From Thermofilaceae archaeon (GTDB taxonomy: Archaea > Thermoproteota > Thermoprotei > Thermofilales > Thermofilaceae): a stretch of 64,000 nucleotides of DNA. Positions 9,223 to 22,403 of this stretch are shown here, piece by piece; positions within the stretch are counted from its first letter, which is position 1; every line of letters begins with the position of its first letter. The position numbers and the translations under genes are program-made. The stretch is from assembly GCA_038861545.1 (NCBI GenBank), contig JAWCCZ010000001.1, positions 32,001-96,000 of the forward strand, written 5' to 3'. The notes beneath the pieces were generated by a model. The model made no database searches and was not told the origin of the DNA. It worked only from the letters and a program-made list of their open reading frames with translations.

Positions 9223-9483
9223 ATGAGAAGGGAGGTTAAAATTTACAGTGTTAGCGGGCAAATATTCTTGCACAGACTAAGCGAGTGGCGTAAGTTTACG
9301 GTTGAAGTATTAGCAATAAAGCCTGAACACGCGGTAGAGCGTGTTTTAAGTGAGTTAGGGTCTAGACACAAGTTGAAAAGAAAACACATTAAAATTATCA
9401 AAGTAGAGGAAGTGAATGCGGAGAGGGTGAAAAATATCACCATTAAAGATCTCACCAACCTAAATAGAATACTTGCAGGTTAG
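9223..9483 (+). CDS. rpl18a: 50S ribosomal protein L18Ae (LX, eL20)
   Basis: KF..EV.A.KPEHAVERVLSELGSRHKLKRKHIKI motif. Confidence 0.93.
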   Translation: MRREVKIYSVSGQIFLHRLSEWRKFTVEVLAIKPEHAVERVLSELGSRHKLKRKHIKIIKVEEVNAERVKNITIKDLTNLNRILAG

Positions 9484-9493
9484 GTGAAAATTT

Positions 9494-9901
9494 GTGGCAT
9501 CCGATAGTAAGGAGGAGCTTGTTGCTGAATATGCTACATTAGGGCAATTAGCAGAGGAACTCAGACGAAGGATAGATTTGCTCAATGTCTCGTTGAATGA
9601 ACTCACAGCAGCTAAAAGTGCCGTGGATGAATTAGTTAATGTCAAAGAAGGAGAGGAAGTATTAGTGCCTGTAGGCGCCGGCATCTATGTCAAAGCAAAC
9701 ATTTCAAATACGAAAATTGTTCTTGTATCGATTGGAGCTAACATAATTGTTGAAAGGTCCTTAGAAGAAGCAAAGAAATATCTTGATGATCGGGAACAGA
9801 GAGTAAGAGACGCTCTGCAAAAAACACTAGGTGATTATCAAGCGGTGGTTTCACGAATGAGAGAGCTTGAACGAGGAATAAGAACAACCTCAAGTAAGTG
9901 A
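9494..9901 (+). CDS. pfdA: Prefoldin alpha subunit
   Basis: Coiled coils flanking EVLVPVGAGIYVKA...VLVSIGANIIVE; usual position after rpl18a. Confidence 0.93.
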   Translation: MASDSKEELVAEYATLGQLAEELRRRIDLLNVSLNELTAAKSAVDELVNVKEGEEVLVPVGAGIYVKANISNTKIVLVSIGANIIVERSLEEAKKYLDDREQRVRDALQKTLGDYQAVVSRMRELERGIRTTSSK

Positions 9902-9925
9902 TAATTCCCTATTGTTTTCAATGGT

Positions 9926-10855
9926 TTGCAGGTCATAGAAAGGTGCTGTGTAGTGCTTGAGGGTCTCAAAAGAACCTTAAGCAGGATAGCCGAGATGTTA
10001 GCCAGAGCTGACTTCTCCATAGAAGACATGGAGATGATTGAGAGGGAAACTATCATAATGCTTGTTGAGTGTGATGTGGCCTTTGAAGCCGCTGAAGCTA
10101 TAGCTAAGTTAGTTAAAGAAAAAGCGTTAGAGCGACAAATAAGTGTAAAAAACAAGCAGATAGTTGAACAGCAACTGTTGAAGGAGACTTTGATAAAACT
10201 GTTTGCAAAGGCTAAGTGGTTTGATCTAGAAGAAACTATAATTAAAGTTAAGCAAGATGAAGAGCCGGTAAAGCTTCTATTTGTCGGACCTAACGGGCAT
10301 GGCAAAACCACAACTATTGCAAAGCTCGGTTACAGGCTTAAGGGGAGAGGCCTTAGCGTGGTATTTGCAGCCGCAGATACTTGGCGCGCCGGTGCTTTTG
10401 AGCAGTTAAGGCTTCATGCCAGTAACATAGGGGCTGATATTGTAAGCCATGGCTACGGAGCAGATCCAGCAGCAGTGGCCTTTGACGCTGTAGCTTATGC
10501 CCGCAAGCGTAGCAAAGACGTTGTGCTGATAGATACGGCAGGCCGTCTTCAAACAGATGTAGATCTAATGAATGAGCTTAGAAAAATAGCTAAGGTTGTG
10601 AAACCGGATTTCAAAATATTTGTTGGTGACGCGTTAACGGGTAATGATGCACTATACCAGGCAGTTACTTTTAACCAGTACATAGGCATCGATGGAGGTA
10701 TACTTACAAAGTTTGATGCCGATGCGAAAGGAGGCTCGGCTATAAGCTTCGTATACGCGATAGAGAAACCGATACTTTATATAGGAACTGGGCAGGGGTA
10801 CGAGGATTTGCAGCCATTTAGCATAGAGTGGTTCCTGACTCGGGTATTTGAGTAA
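9926..10855 (+). CDS. ftsY: SRP receptor FtsY
   Basis: GPNGHGKTTTIAKL, DTWRAGA, DPAAVAFDA, DTAGR, TKFDADAKGG, GTGQ motifs; start may be GTG 9953. Confidence 0.95.
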   Translation: MQVIERCCVVLEGLKRTLSRIAEMLARADFSIEDMEMIERETIIMLVECDVAFEAAEAIAKLVKEKALERQISVKNKQIVEQQLLKETLIKLFAKAKWFDLEETIIKVKQDEEPVKLLFVGPNGHGKTTTIAKLGYRLKGRGLSVVFAAADTWRAGAFEQLRLHASNIGADIVSHGYGADPAAVAFDAVAYARKRSKDVVLIDTAGRLQTDVDLMNELRKIAKVVKPDFKIFVGDALTGNDALYQAVTFNQYIGIDGGILTKFDADAKGGSAISFVYAIEKPILYIGTGQGYEDLQPFSIEWFLTRVFE

Positions 10856-10897
10856 AAGCGAATAGAACATATATCGATGATCTGAATAGGAATAAAC

Positions 10898-11845
10898 GTG
10901 GAGGAAGCAAAACACTTGCTAGATGTTTACCAATTAACTAGCAAAGAATTAGTAGAGCTACTAGAAACCGCTATAATGTATAAGAAACTAAGGAAAAAAG
11001 GTATTAGATGTACTCGTGAATTACGAGGCAGGAGTGTTGCGATGATCTTCGAGAAGCCATCAACCAGGACCAGGGCATCCTTCGCTGTAGCAGTTTATGA
11101 AATGGGTGGGCTGCCCGTGGCGTATAACCGTGAGGAGTTGCAACTAGCGCGTGGCGAGCCTGTAAAAGACTTAGTTAGGGTTCTAAGTCGATACCATGAT
11201 GCAATAGCAGCTAGGGTCTACCATCAAGAAAACTTGGAGGAAATGGCTAAGTATTCTTCAGTTCCGGTGATAAACCTATTGAGCGATAAGTTTCATCCTC
11301 TACAAGCACTCGCTGACTGCATGACTATCATAGAGATTTTCGGAAAGCTTAAGGGCATAAAGCTAGCCTTTGTAGGCGACGGTCAAGACAACGTGTTTAA
11401 TTCCTTAGCTATCGCCGGATTAAAGTTGGGTATGGAGATAAGAATTGCTTGTCCACCGGAGTATGGGCCGAAAGTAAGCTGGCTTAAAAAGCTTGCTGGT
11501 GAGATAGAAGGTACTTTAGAGGTTTATGATGAACCTTTAAACGCCGTCAAAGATGTAGATGTAGTTTACACAGATGTATTCGTTAGCATGGGACAGGAAA
11601 AAGAGAAGGATGAGAGGTTAAGAAGCTTTTTACCGCGTTATAGAGTTTCCTTGGAATTGATGAAGCATGCTGGTACAGGTGCAGTTTTCATGCACTGTTT
11701 ACCGGCGCATAGGGGAGAAGAAGTAGATGAAACAGTAATTGAAAGTGAGCGATCAGTGATCTTCGAGCAAGCTGAAAATCGATTGCATACCGCTAAGGCT
11801 GTATTAAAAAAGTTACTTTGCCAAGAATCTCCGATCAGTTTTTAA
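10898..11845 (+). CDS. argF: Ornithine carbamoyltransferase
   Basis: FEKPSTRT, HPLQALAD, DVFVSMG, HCLPAHRGEEV and QAENRLH motifs. Confidence 0.95.
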   Translation: MEEAKHLLDVYQLTSKELVELLETAIMYKKLRKKGIRCTRELRGRSVAMIFEKPSTRTRASFAVAVYEMGGLPVAYNREELQLARGEPVKDLVRVLSRYHDAIAARVYHQENLEEMAKYSSVPVINLLSDKFHPLQALADCMTIIEIFGKLKGIKLAFVGDGQDNVFNSLAIAGLKLGMEIRIACPPEYGPKVSWLKKLAGEIEGTLEVYDEPLNAVKDVDVVYTDVFVSMGQEKEKDERLRSFLPRYRVSLELMKHAGTGAVFMHCLPAHRGEEVDETVIESERSVIFEQAENRLHTAKAVLKKLLCQESPISF

Positions 11846-11866
11846 GCACCTCTTAATTAGAGTAGC

Positions 11867-12127
11867 GTGGGCTTCATAAATGATGTTATCCGGACTCTGA
11901 GAGCTACTAAGAAGGCTGATCCGAAAACATACAAAGTTTCCTTAAAAGTTGTGGGGCTAGGTTTTGTGCTACTTGGCTCATTAGGTTACTTGTTTCAGTT
12001 GATTGGAGCTGGATTACGAATGGTGAAGCTTGCTACCGTGTCGAGCGACGTGATTACAATGGCATTGGCGGCAGTGGCTGCAATTACATTAGCTGCTGTT
12101 TTGTATCTAAGAAGAAAAGCCTCATAA
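11867..12127 (+). CDS. secE: Protein translocase SecE (Sec61-gamma) with extra C-terminal TM helix
   Basis: Amphipathic helix RTLRATKKAD..TY, TM VVGLGFVLLGSLGYLF; immediately upstream of spt5. Confidence 0.75.
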   Translation: MGFINDVIRTLRATKKADPKTYKVSLKVVGLGFVLLGSLGYLFQLIGAGLRMVKLATVSSDVITMALAAVAAITLAAVLYLRRKAS

Positions 12128-12181
12128 ATGATGTCAATGTAATCTATATTCCGAGAAGCTATGTTAAAGGTGGTATAATTT

Positions 12182-12661
12182 ATGGCTATCAGGAAGGCTC
12201 GGTTCTATGGAATTAGAGTTACCCAAGGTCAGGAGGTAACAATGGCATTACTAATGGAGGAGCGGATAAAGGCTGGAACAATGCCAATTTATTCGTTAGC
12301 TATACTGCCTAGCTTAAAAGGGGTTATATTGGCTGAGTCAGATGTGCCACACGCTGTACAGAGAGTCTCAATGAATCTTAAACATGTAAGAGGTTTAATG
12401 AAAGGAGGTATGGATTTCTCAGAGATCGAGAAATTTGTAGCTCCGAAGCCAATCATAGAAACCATCAAAATAAATGATGTAGTTGAAATAACTAGTGGAC
12501 CGTTTATCGGTATGAGGGGGCGTGTACTAGAGATCGATAAAGTTAAGGGTGAGGTTAAAGTCGAAATAACTGAAGCAGCATATCCACTGCCAGTGACTAT
12601 AAGCGCTGATTACGTAAGGATTGTTAGGATTTCAGAGGAGGCAGCTGAGGGTTCGAGATGA
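12182..12661 (+). CDS. spt5: Transcription elongation factor Spt5 (NusG)
   Basis: NGN domain (RVTQGQE, LKGVILAE) plus KOW (DVVEITSGPFIGMRGRV). Confidence 0.95.
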   Translation: MAIRKARFYGIRVTQGQEVTMALLMEERIKAGTMPIYSLAILPSLKGVILAESDVPHAVQRVSMNLKHVRGLMKGGMDFSEIEKFVAPKPIIETIKINDVVEITSGPFIGMRGRVLEIDKVKGEVKVEITEAAYPLPVTISADYVRIVRISEEAAEGSR

Positions 12662-13971
12662 ATATGCAATGTGGTCTAAGAGACTTCCTAGAGCAGCTCA
12701 ACGAGGAAAAACTATTAGAGAGAATAAGTAAACCGGTCTCCGTTGACTACGAAGCGGCCTATTGGTTAAAAACTTATGATGGCATGAAAGCTGTGTTGAT
12801 GGAGAAACCGATAGGCTATAGTATTCCAATTGTGGGAAATATACTTTGCTCTCGCCATTTTTTATATAAAGCTTTAAAAGTTGAAAATGATTCTGAAGCT
12901 TTCTCAAAACTATTGAAGGCGATAAATGAGCCGAAAGAGGTGAAAATAGAGGGCAATCCAGGATGTTTTAAAAGTTTGAAGGGTATAGACTGCTTACCGG
13001 TTCTTAGAAGTTATCAGGGAGAGGCAGGTAGGTACCTTACCGCTTCGATACTTATTGCACGGGAACCTGGGGGTGAAGTATGCAATGCAAGTATTCATAG
13101 GATGCTAGTTCTCGATAATAAACACTTGGCAGTTCGCTTAGTTCCTCGTCATTTATACATGATGTATATGGAAGCCAAGAAAAGGGGTGAACACTTACCA
13201 GCAGCTGCAGTAATTGGAACTTCGCCTGAATTTTACATAGCAGCAGCTGCATCACCACCATATGGTGTTTTTGAGCTTGAAGTGGCTAATACACTAGCTG
13301 AAGGAAAAATCAAAGCCTTCGACGCGGGAAATGGATTGCCAGTGCCCTTAGACTCAGAGATAGTGCTGTTAGGCAGGTTACGTACAGATATTGAAACTCC
13401 AGAGGGACCATTTGTCGATATTTTAGGCACATTAGATACTGTTAGGAATCAACCTGTATTGGAAGTAGATGAAGTGCTGATAAGGGAGGGTGTTTCTTAC
13501 TATACAATCCTGCAAGGTGGGCGCGAACATATATTACTAATGGGTTTCCCTCGCGAGGCAGCAATATGGGATTCTATTAGAAAGGTTGTACCCAGAGTGA
13601 AATCGGTTCGACTGCTTGAGAGTGGTGGAGGTTGGCTAATAGCAGTAATTTCTATAACTAAGAACGCTGACGGTGATGCAAAAAATGCCTTACTAGCCGC
13701 GTTCGCCGCACACCCCTCTCTTAAGATAGCTGTAACTGTCGACGAGGATTTAGATATAGATAACCCTTCAGATCTACTGTGGGCTTTAGCAACCAGAATG
13801 CAGCCGGATGAGGATCTCATCATCTTAAAGGGTTGCAGAGGGTCTAGTTTAGACCCTTCTGCTGATCAGTCTACTCTAACAACATCTAAACTGGGTATCG
13901 ATGCGACTATACCTTTAACGAAGCAGAGGGAGTTATTCCATCGTGCTAAAATACCTTGGAACTTTTCTTAG
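12658..13971 (+). CDS. UbiD family prFMN-dependent decarboxylase
   Basis: SIHRM, RHL, EGPF.D, EH..L, VDEDLDI, WALATR.QPDED, SLDPS, KLGIDAT motifs. Confidence 0.92.
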   Translation: MNMQCGLRDFLEQLNEEKLLERISKPVSVDYEAAYWLKTYDGMKAVLMEKPIGYSIPIVGNILCSRHFLYKALKVENDSEAFSKLLKAINEPKEVKIEGNPGCFKSLKGIDCLPVLRSYQGEAGRYLTASILIAREPGGEVCNASIHRMLVLDNKHLAVRLVPRHLYMMYMEAKKRGEHLPAAAVIGTSPEFYIAAAASPPYGVFELEVANTLAEGKIKAFDAGNGLPVPLDSEIVLLGRLRTDIETPEGPFVDILGTLDTVRNQPVLEVDEVLIREGVSYYTILQGGREHILLMGFPREAAIWDSIRKVVPRVKSVRLLESGGGWLIAVISITKNADGDAKNALLAAFAAHPSLKIAVTVDEDLDIDNPSDLLWALATRMQPDEDLIILKGCRGSSLDPSADQSTLTTSKLGIDATIPLTKQRELFHRAKIPWNFS

Positions 13972-13989
13972 CTTGAATGACAGACAGTT

Positions 13990-14334
13990 CTAGGTTCTCT
14001 TAGTTATTAGCCCTGTAATCAAGCATTCTACGATGAAGTCTGGGTCCACTCTACCTATCCCACTGATCCTTTTAGCCGTGACCATAGTACCCGAATCAAG
14101 TTGAGTAAATGTAAGAACATAACTATCGCTCCAGCGTTTTCCAAGCCTAGATTTATAAATAACCCTTATAAGCGCCTCAAGCCTTTCGCCAGTTTTCTTC
14201 ACATATTCGACCCTGATCACCTTAGAATCTTCACTCCCCTCCGATAACGCGTTAGAGTATTTAGAATTAAGGCTCCATAATGCCTCAGCTATAGCAGAAA
14301 AGCTCCAGGAGGAGCCTAAAAAATAACACCTCAT
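13990..14334 (-). CDS. Hypothetical protein
   Basis: 114-aa ORF filling the gap between genes; no motif recognised. Confidence 0.55.
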   Translation of the reverse strand: MRCYFLGSSWSFSAIAEALWSLNSKYSNALSEGSEDSKVIRVEYVKKTGERLEALIRVIYKSRLGKRWSDSYVLTFTQLDSGTMVTAKRISGIGRVDPDFIVECLITGLITKRT

Positions 14335-14360
14335 AGAGATCCTACTATAAAGGGGGATAT

Positions 14361-15041
14361 ATGCACTGTGCTAAATGTGGTAAGCGAGCTGAGCATATTG
14401 ATCCAGCTACAGGAGATACATTATGTATTAATTGTCTGCAAACTACTGTAAAAAGACGTTTCCTGAAGGGATTAAGACGAGCAAATCCGCGCAGAGACGA
14501 TAAAGTAATAATAGCTTGCAGAGCGGACACTCAATCCCTCTTTACACTTAAAACAATGATAGAAGTAGAGAAAAATTATCCTGTAAGTCTCGAGGTTATA
14601 GAACTGGCTAAAATACCATTTTGCTTAGATTTTTGTAAAAAAACAAATATCAACTACAAGTTTATCGAAGCTGACTATAAGACTTACACGGGTTTCAGAC
14701 TAGCCTTAACCGATAAAATAAATCAACAACGCAATGATGTTCTTATAGTCATGCCAGATGTTCTCGAAGATATAGCAGCCTATTTTTTAGGAGAAGTATT
14801 ACTAGGTGATATAAGAGGTTTAAGCTTAGATGCAAGCTTTAGAGTAGCCTATCCCTCGGCCTTCTTGAGCTATAGAACCTTAGCTTTCCTCGAGCCAGAG
14901 CTCATAGGTAGTTTATCAAGCCTCTACTTAAACTCCGGCGCTAAGGTATTACTAGAAGAGTTTGCTAGATACCATTCAACACTAGTTTTCTCAAGTGTAA
15001 AAATGTTCTACAAATTAGTTAATATCTTAAGAGAGGCGTAA
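14361..15041 (+). CDS. TtuA/NcsA-like protein with degenerate PP-loop
   Basis: N-terminal CxxC...LCxxC zinc finger typical of TtuA/Ncs6; SGGKDS replaced by CRADTQS; HNLDD-equivalent reads DVLED. Confidence 0.65.
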   Translation: MHCAKCGKRAEHIDPATGDTLCINCLQTTVKRRFLKGLRRANPRRDDKVIIACRADTQSLFTLKTMIEVEKNYPVSLEVIELAKIPFCLDFCKKTNINYKFIEADYKTYTGFRLALTDKINQQRNDVLIVMPDVLEDIAAYFLGEVLLGDIRGLSLDASFRVAYPSAFLSYRTLAFLEPELIGSLSSLYLNSGAKVLLEEFARYHSTLVFSSVKMFYKLVNILREA

Positions 15042-15052
15042 GATATATAAGC
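15041..15052 (+). promoter_or_regulatory. rRNA operon promoter (TATA)
   Basis: AGATATATAAGC just before the GC-rich, structured 5' leader. Confidence 0.55.
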
Positions 15053-15267
15053 CCAGAATGCAAATACCTCCTGCGCCGTGATCTACGGCGGCTCACCCAG
15101 ATAACGGGGAGGCGAGCCCTCCACCAATGAAGAGGTGGCCTCCGGTCGCGGCGACAAGGTGCGGGCCCAAGCAAACTAAACCCCTTTGGCGAGAGAGGGT
15201 TTAGACGCTTGGGTCTAAGAGAAGTTCGGCGCGGCGCTCAGGAGTTAAACTCCTCCGCCAAGCCGTG

Positions 15268-16768
<1,501 letters not shown>

Positions 16769-16932
16769 TCCCAGTTCCTAGTTTCTTGAGCGCCGCGCCG
16801 AACTATTTTTATTAGATGCAACCCGAAAGGTTAAACCTTTCGGGTGAAGGGCTGAGCGATCCAGCTATAGCTGGATCGCTGTGAGTGCCGCGCATAGGTT
16901 AGCGGTCACGTAGATCGGGCTTGCATCGGCAA

Positions 16933-20004
<3,072 letters not shown>

Positions 20005-20117
20005 GAGTCGATGTAAGCTCGAGCGTAACGGTTGCTAACCTATGTGCGGTACCTCTATATCTTTTGATTTCATATAACTTAGTTAAGGTTATATTTTAGT
20101 AAAGGTCGTAAATATAC

Positions 20118-22403
20118 ATGCTAAGTTCCAAGTTGCTAAGGAGGTATAAGGTGTTAAAGCTCTACTCGTTGCTACTCTTACACGTGAGGTTATTAATATT
20201 CGTTCTCCTTCTCTCAAGTCTCGGCATTATTCTAGGCGTATTACCTCCGCTTGCAACTAGGGCAATAATTGATGATGGCATTGGTAAAAGAAACATTAAC
20301 GCACTTATCTTTAATTCACTACTTCTAGTAGTACTTAACACTGCGTCGACGATCATCGGAGCTTTAGGAGGATATTACCGAACGATTCTAAGCGGTAAGA
20401 TAGCTCTTGAATTGAGAACCAAGGTCTTTAAGAAAACTCTAGAGTTAGGTGTAGAACTTTACGAGGCGGCAGCGGTCGGCGATGTAGCTACTAGGATCTA
20501 CGGCTATGTTGATAGGATACAACGCTTCATAGTTGATAGTTTTGAAAACGTGGTTATAAACTCCTTAAGGCTTATCTTCATGCTAGCAATAATATTCGCA
20601 CTTAATGTTAAATTATCGCTAGCGCTTCTAGCGCCCCTCCCTCTATACATATGGGGTCTAGTATGGTATCAACCACGGGTTAGGATATTATTCACTAAAA
20701 GGTGGTCAAGGGTTTCAAGAATGTCAGCGTACATAACATCAACTCTTAACTCCGTTTTATTAGTTAAACTAACCGGAAAGGAGAAAGTTGAAAGTAAACG
20801 TTTTGAAGATTTAGCAAACGATGTTTTTAAGACAGAAATTGAAACTGCGAAATATGGTTTATTAGTTTTCCCTTGGTTAAACTTACTGTTAGCTTTAGCT
20901 TCTGTTGGTGTGATGTACTTTGGCGGCTTAATGGTACTGTATGGAGAATTAAGCACAGGAACTTTAATGGCTTTTTTAGCTTACATCTGGCAAGTATACG
21001 CGCCAATCCAAGCTCTCACAGGCATTATACCTCAATTAGCTGAAGCAGAAGCCGCTCATGAAAAACTCAGCGAGCTTCTGGAAGCATCACCTAGGGTGAC
21101 TGAGGAACCCGATTCAGTAGAATTGAAAATAAAGGGTAAAGTTGATGTTATGAATCTATGGTTTGGGTATTCAGCAGAAAGACCAATACTCAAGGGAGTA
21201 AATCTTTCGATAAAGCCTGGAGACGTTGTAGGCGTCGTGGGCCCTAATGGAGCTGGCAAGACAACATTAGTTCGTATGCTGGCTAGGCTCTACGATCCAA
21301 TTAAAGGAGCTGTTATGCTTGATGAAGTCGAAATGCGGAGGATTAAACTAGGCTGTTTAAGGCGTAACGTTATGTTAGTGCCTCAAGAGCCTATGTTACT
21401 TTCAGGCAGTGTAGCTTATAACATATCTTATGGTGTTGAAAATCCAGATCCCTTAACGATTCTTTATGCTGCATGGTTATGTGGGGCGCATCGCTTCATA
21501 GTAGAGCTCCCCCTAGCTTACGACAGCGATGTTGGAGAGCAGGGTAGAGCTCTTTCAGGCGGGCAACGCCAACTTATCTGCTTAGCTAGAGCGCTTCTCC
21601 TTAAGCCTAAAGTGTTGCTTCTTGATGAAGCCACGAGTAACGTACATGTAGAGCTGGAGGAAGTAATAATGATGCGCTTGCTAGGTTATCTGAGGGATAC
21701 GACAATTATAGCAATTTCCCATAGACCTACGCTTAATAAGTTCATGAATAGAGTTGTAATGATGAGCGATGGTAAGGTATTAAATGAAATCAAAGGGGGT
21801 CTCGACAGTAGGCCTCCAATGCCACCGATACCCAGAATAATTGATGCAAATGATCTGAATATAATAGATCGCGGAGCTTGGCTTGAAGCCCATGTTAAGG
21901 AACACGTATTAGACGAACTTCGTGCAAGATTACCTTTCCCCTTAACTTACCCGCGGCTTCTTGTGCTTTATAGAGATCCAGATGACATGTTGGTAGTCGA
22001 TGACTGGACAAAGCTTAATTTAGAGTCTAAGAGAGCTGTGCTTAAACATGTTTTGCGAGAGCATGGATTAATGCTGGCTAGGCTTCACGAAATTATACCG
22101 CTTAGTGGTAGAGGTAGGGCACTCTCCTTAAATGTAGTGCTTGAAAACGAAGAAGGTAAAATAGAAATTTCGTTATCACCTGGCGGCCTCCTGTTACTTA
22201 ACAAAAACCTAGTGATCGTAACTCCAACTAAAGTGTACATAGTGGATTCAGAGGCATCTAATGGTAGAGCGATTAATAGTGCCTACGCGCTTGCAGCCGA
22301 GCCACCCAGCCCCTTTAGGTACTACGACTTCACGTTGCTGGTAAAGGAAATTAAGGAGAACTCCCAAGACTTTCGGGATGCCATTAGGGCCGCTGGAAGT
22401 TGA
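20118..22403 (+). CDS. ABC exporter-fold half transporter (TMD+NBD) with C-terminal DUF1854-like domain
   Basis: Six-TM domain, GPNGAGKT, LSGGQRQ, LLLDEATS, SHR. C-terminal extension (RLPFPLTYP..LVLY...LVVDDWTKL...SKRAV) resembles the 57240 protein. Confidence 0.85.
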   Translation: MLSSKLLRRYKVLKLYSLLLLHVRLLIFVLLLSSLGIILGVLPPLATRAIIDDGIGKRNINALIFNSLLLVVLNTASTIIGALGGYYRTILSGKIALELRTKVFKKTLELGVELYEAAAVGDVATRIYGYVDRIQRFIVDSFENVVINSLRLIFMLAIIFALNVKLSLALLAPLPLYIWGLVWYQPRVRILFTKRWSRVSRMSAYITSTLNSVLLVKLTGKEKVESKRFEDLANDVFKTEIETAKYGLLVFPWLNLLLALASVGVMYFGGLMVLYGELSTGTLMAFLAYIWQVYAPIQALTGIIPQLAEAEAAHEKLSELLEASPRVTEEPDSVELKIKGKVDVMNLWFGYSAERPILKGVNLSIKPGDVVGVVGPNGAGKTTLVRMLARLYDPIKGAVMLDEVEMRRIKLGCLRRNVMLVPQEPMLLSGSVAYNISYGVENPDPLTILYAAWLCGAHRFIVELPLAYDSDVGEQGRALSGGQRQLICLARALLLKPKVLLLDEATSNVHVELEEVIMMRLLGYLRDTTIIAISHRPTLNKFMNRVVMMSDGKVLNEIKGGLDSRPPMPPIPRIIDANDLNIIDRGAWLEAHVKEHVLDELRARLPFPLTYPRLLVLYRDPDDMLVVDDWTKLNLESKRAVLKHVLREHGLMLARLHEIIPLSGRGRALSLNVVLENEEGKIEISLSPGGLLLLNKNLVIVTPTKVYIVDSEASNGRAINSAYALAAEPPSPFRYYDFTLLVKEIKENSQDFRDAIRAAGS

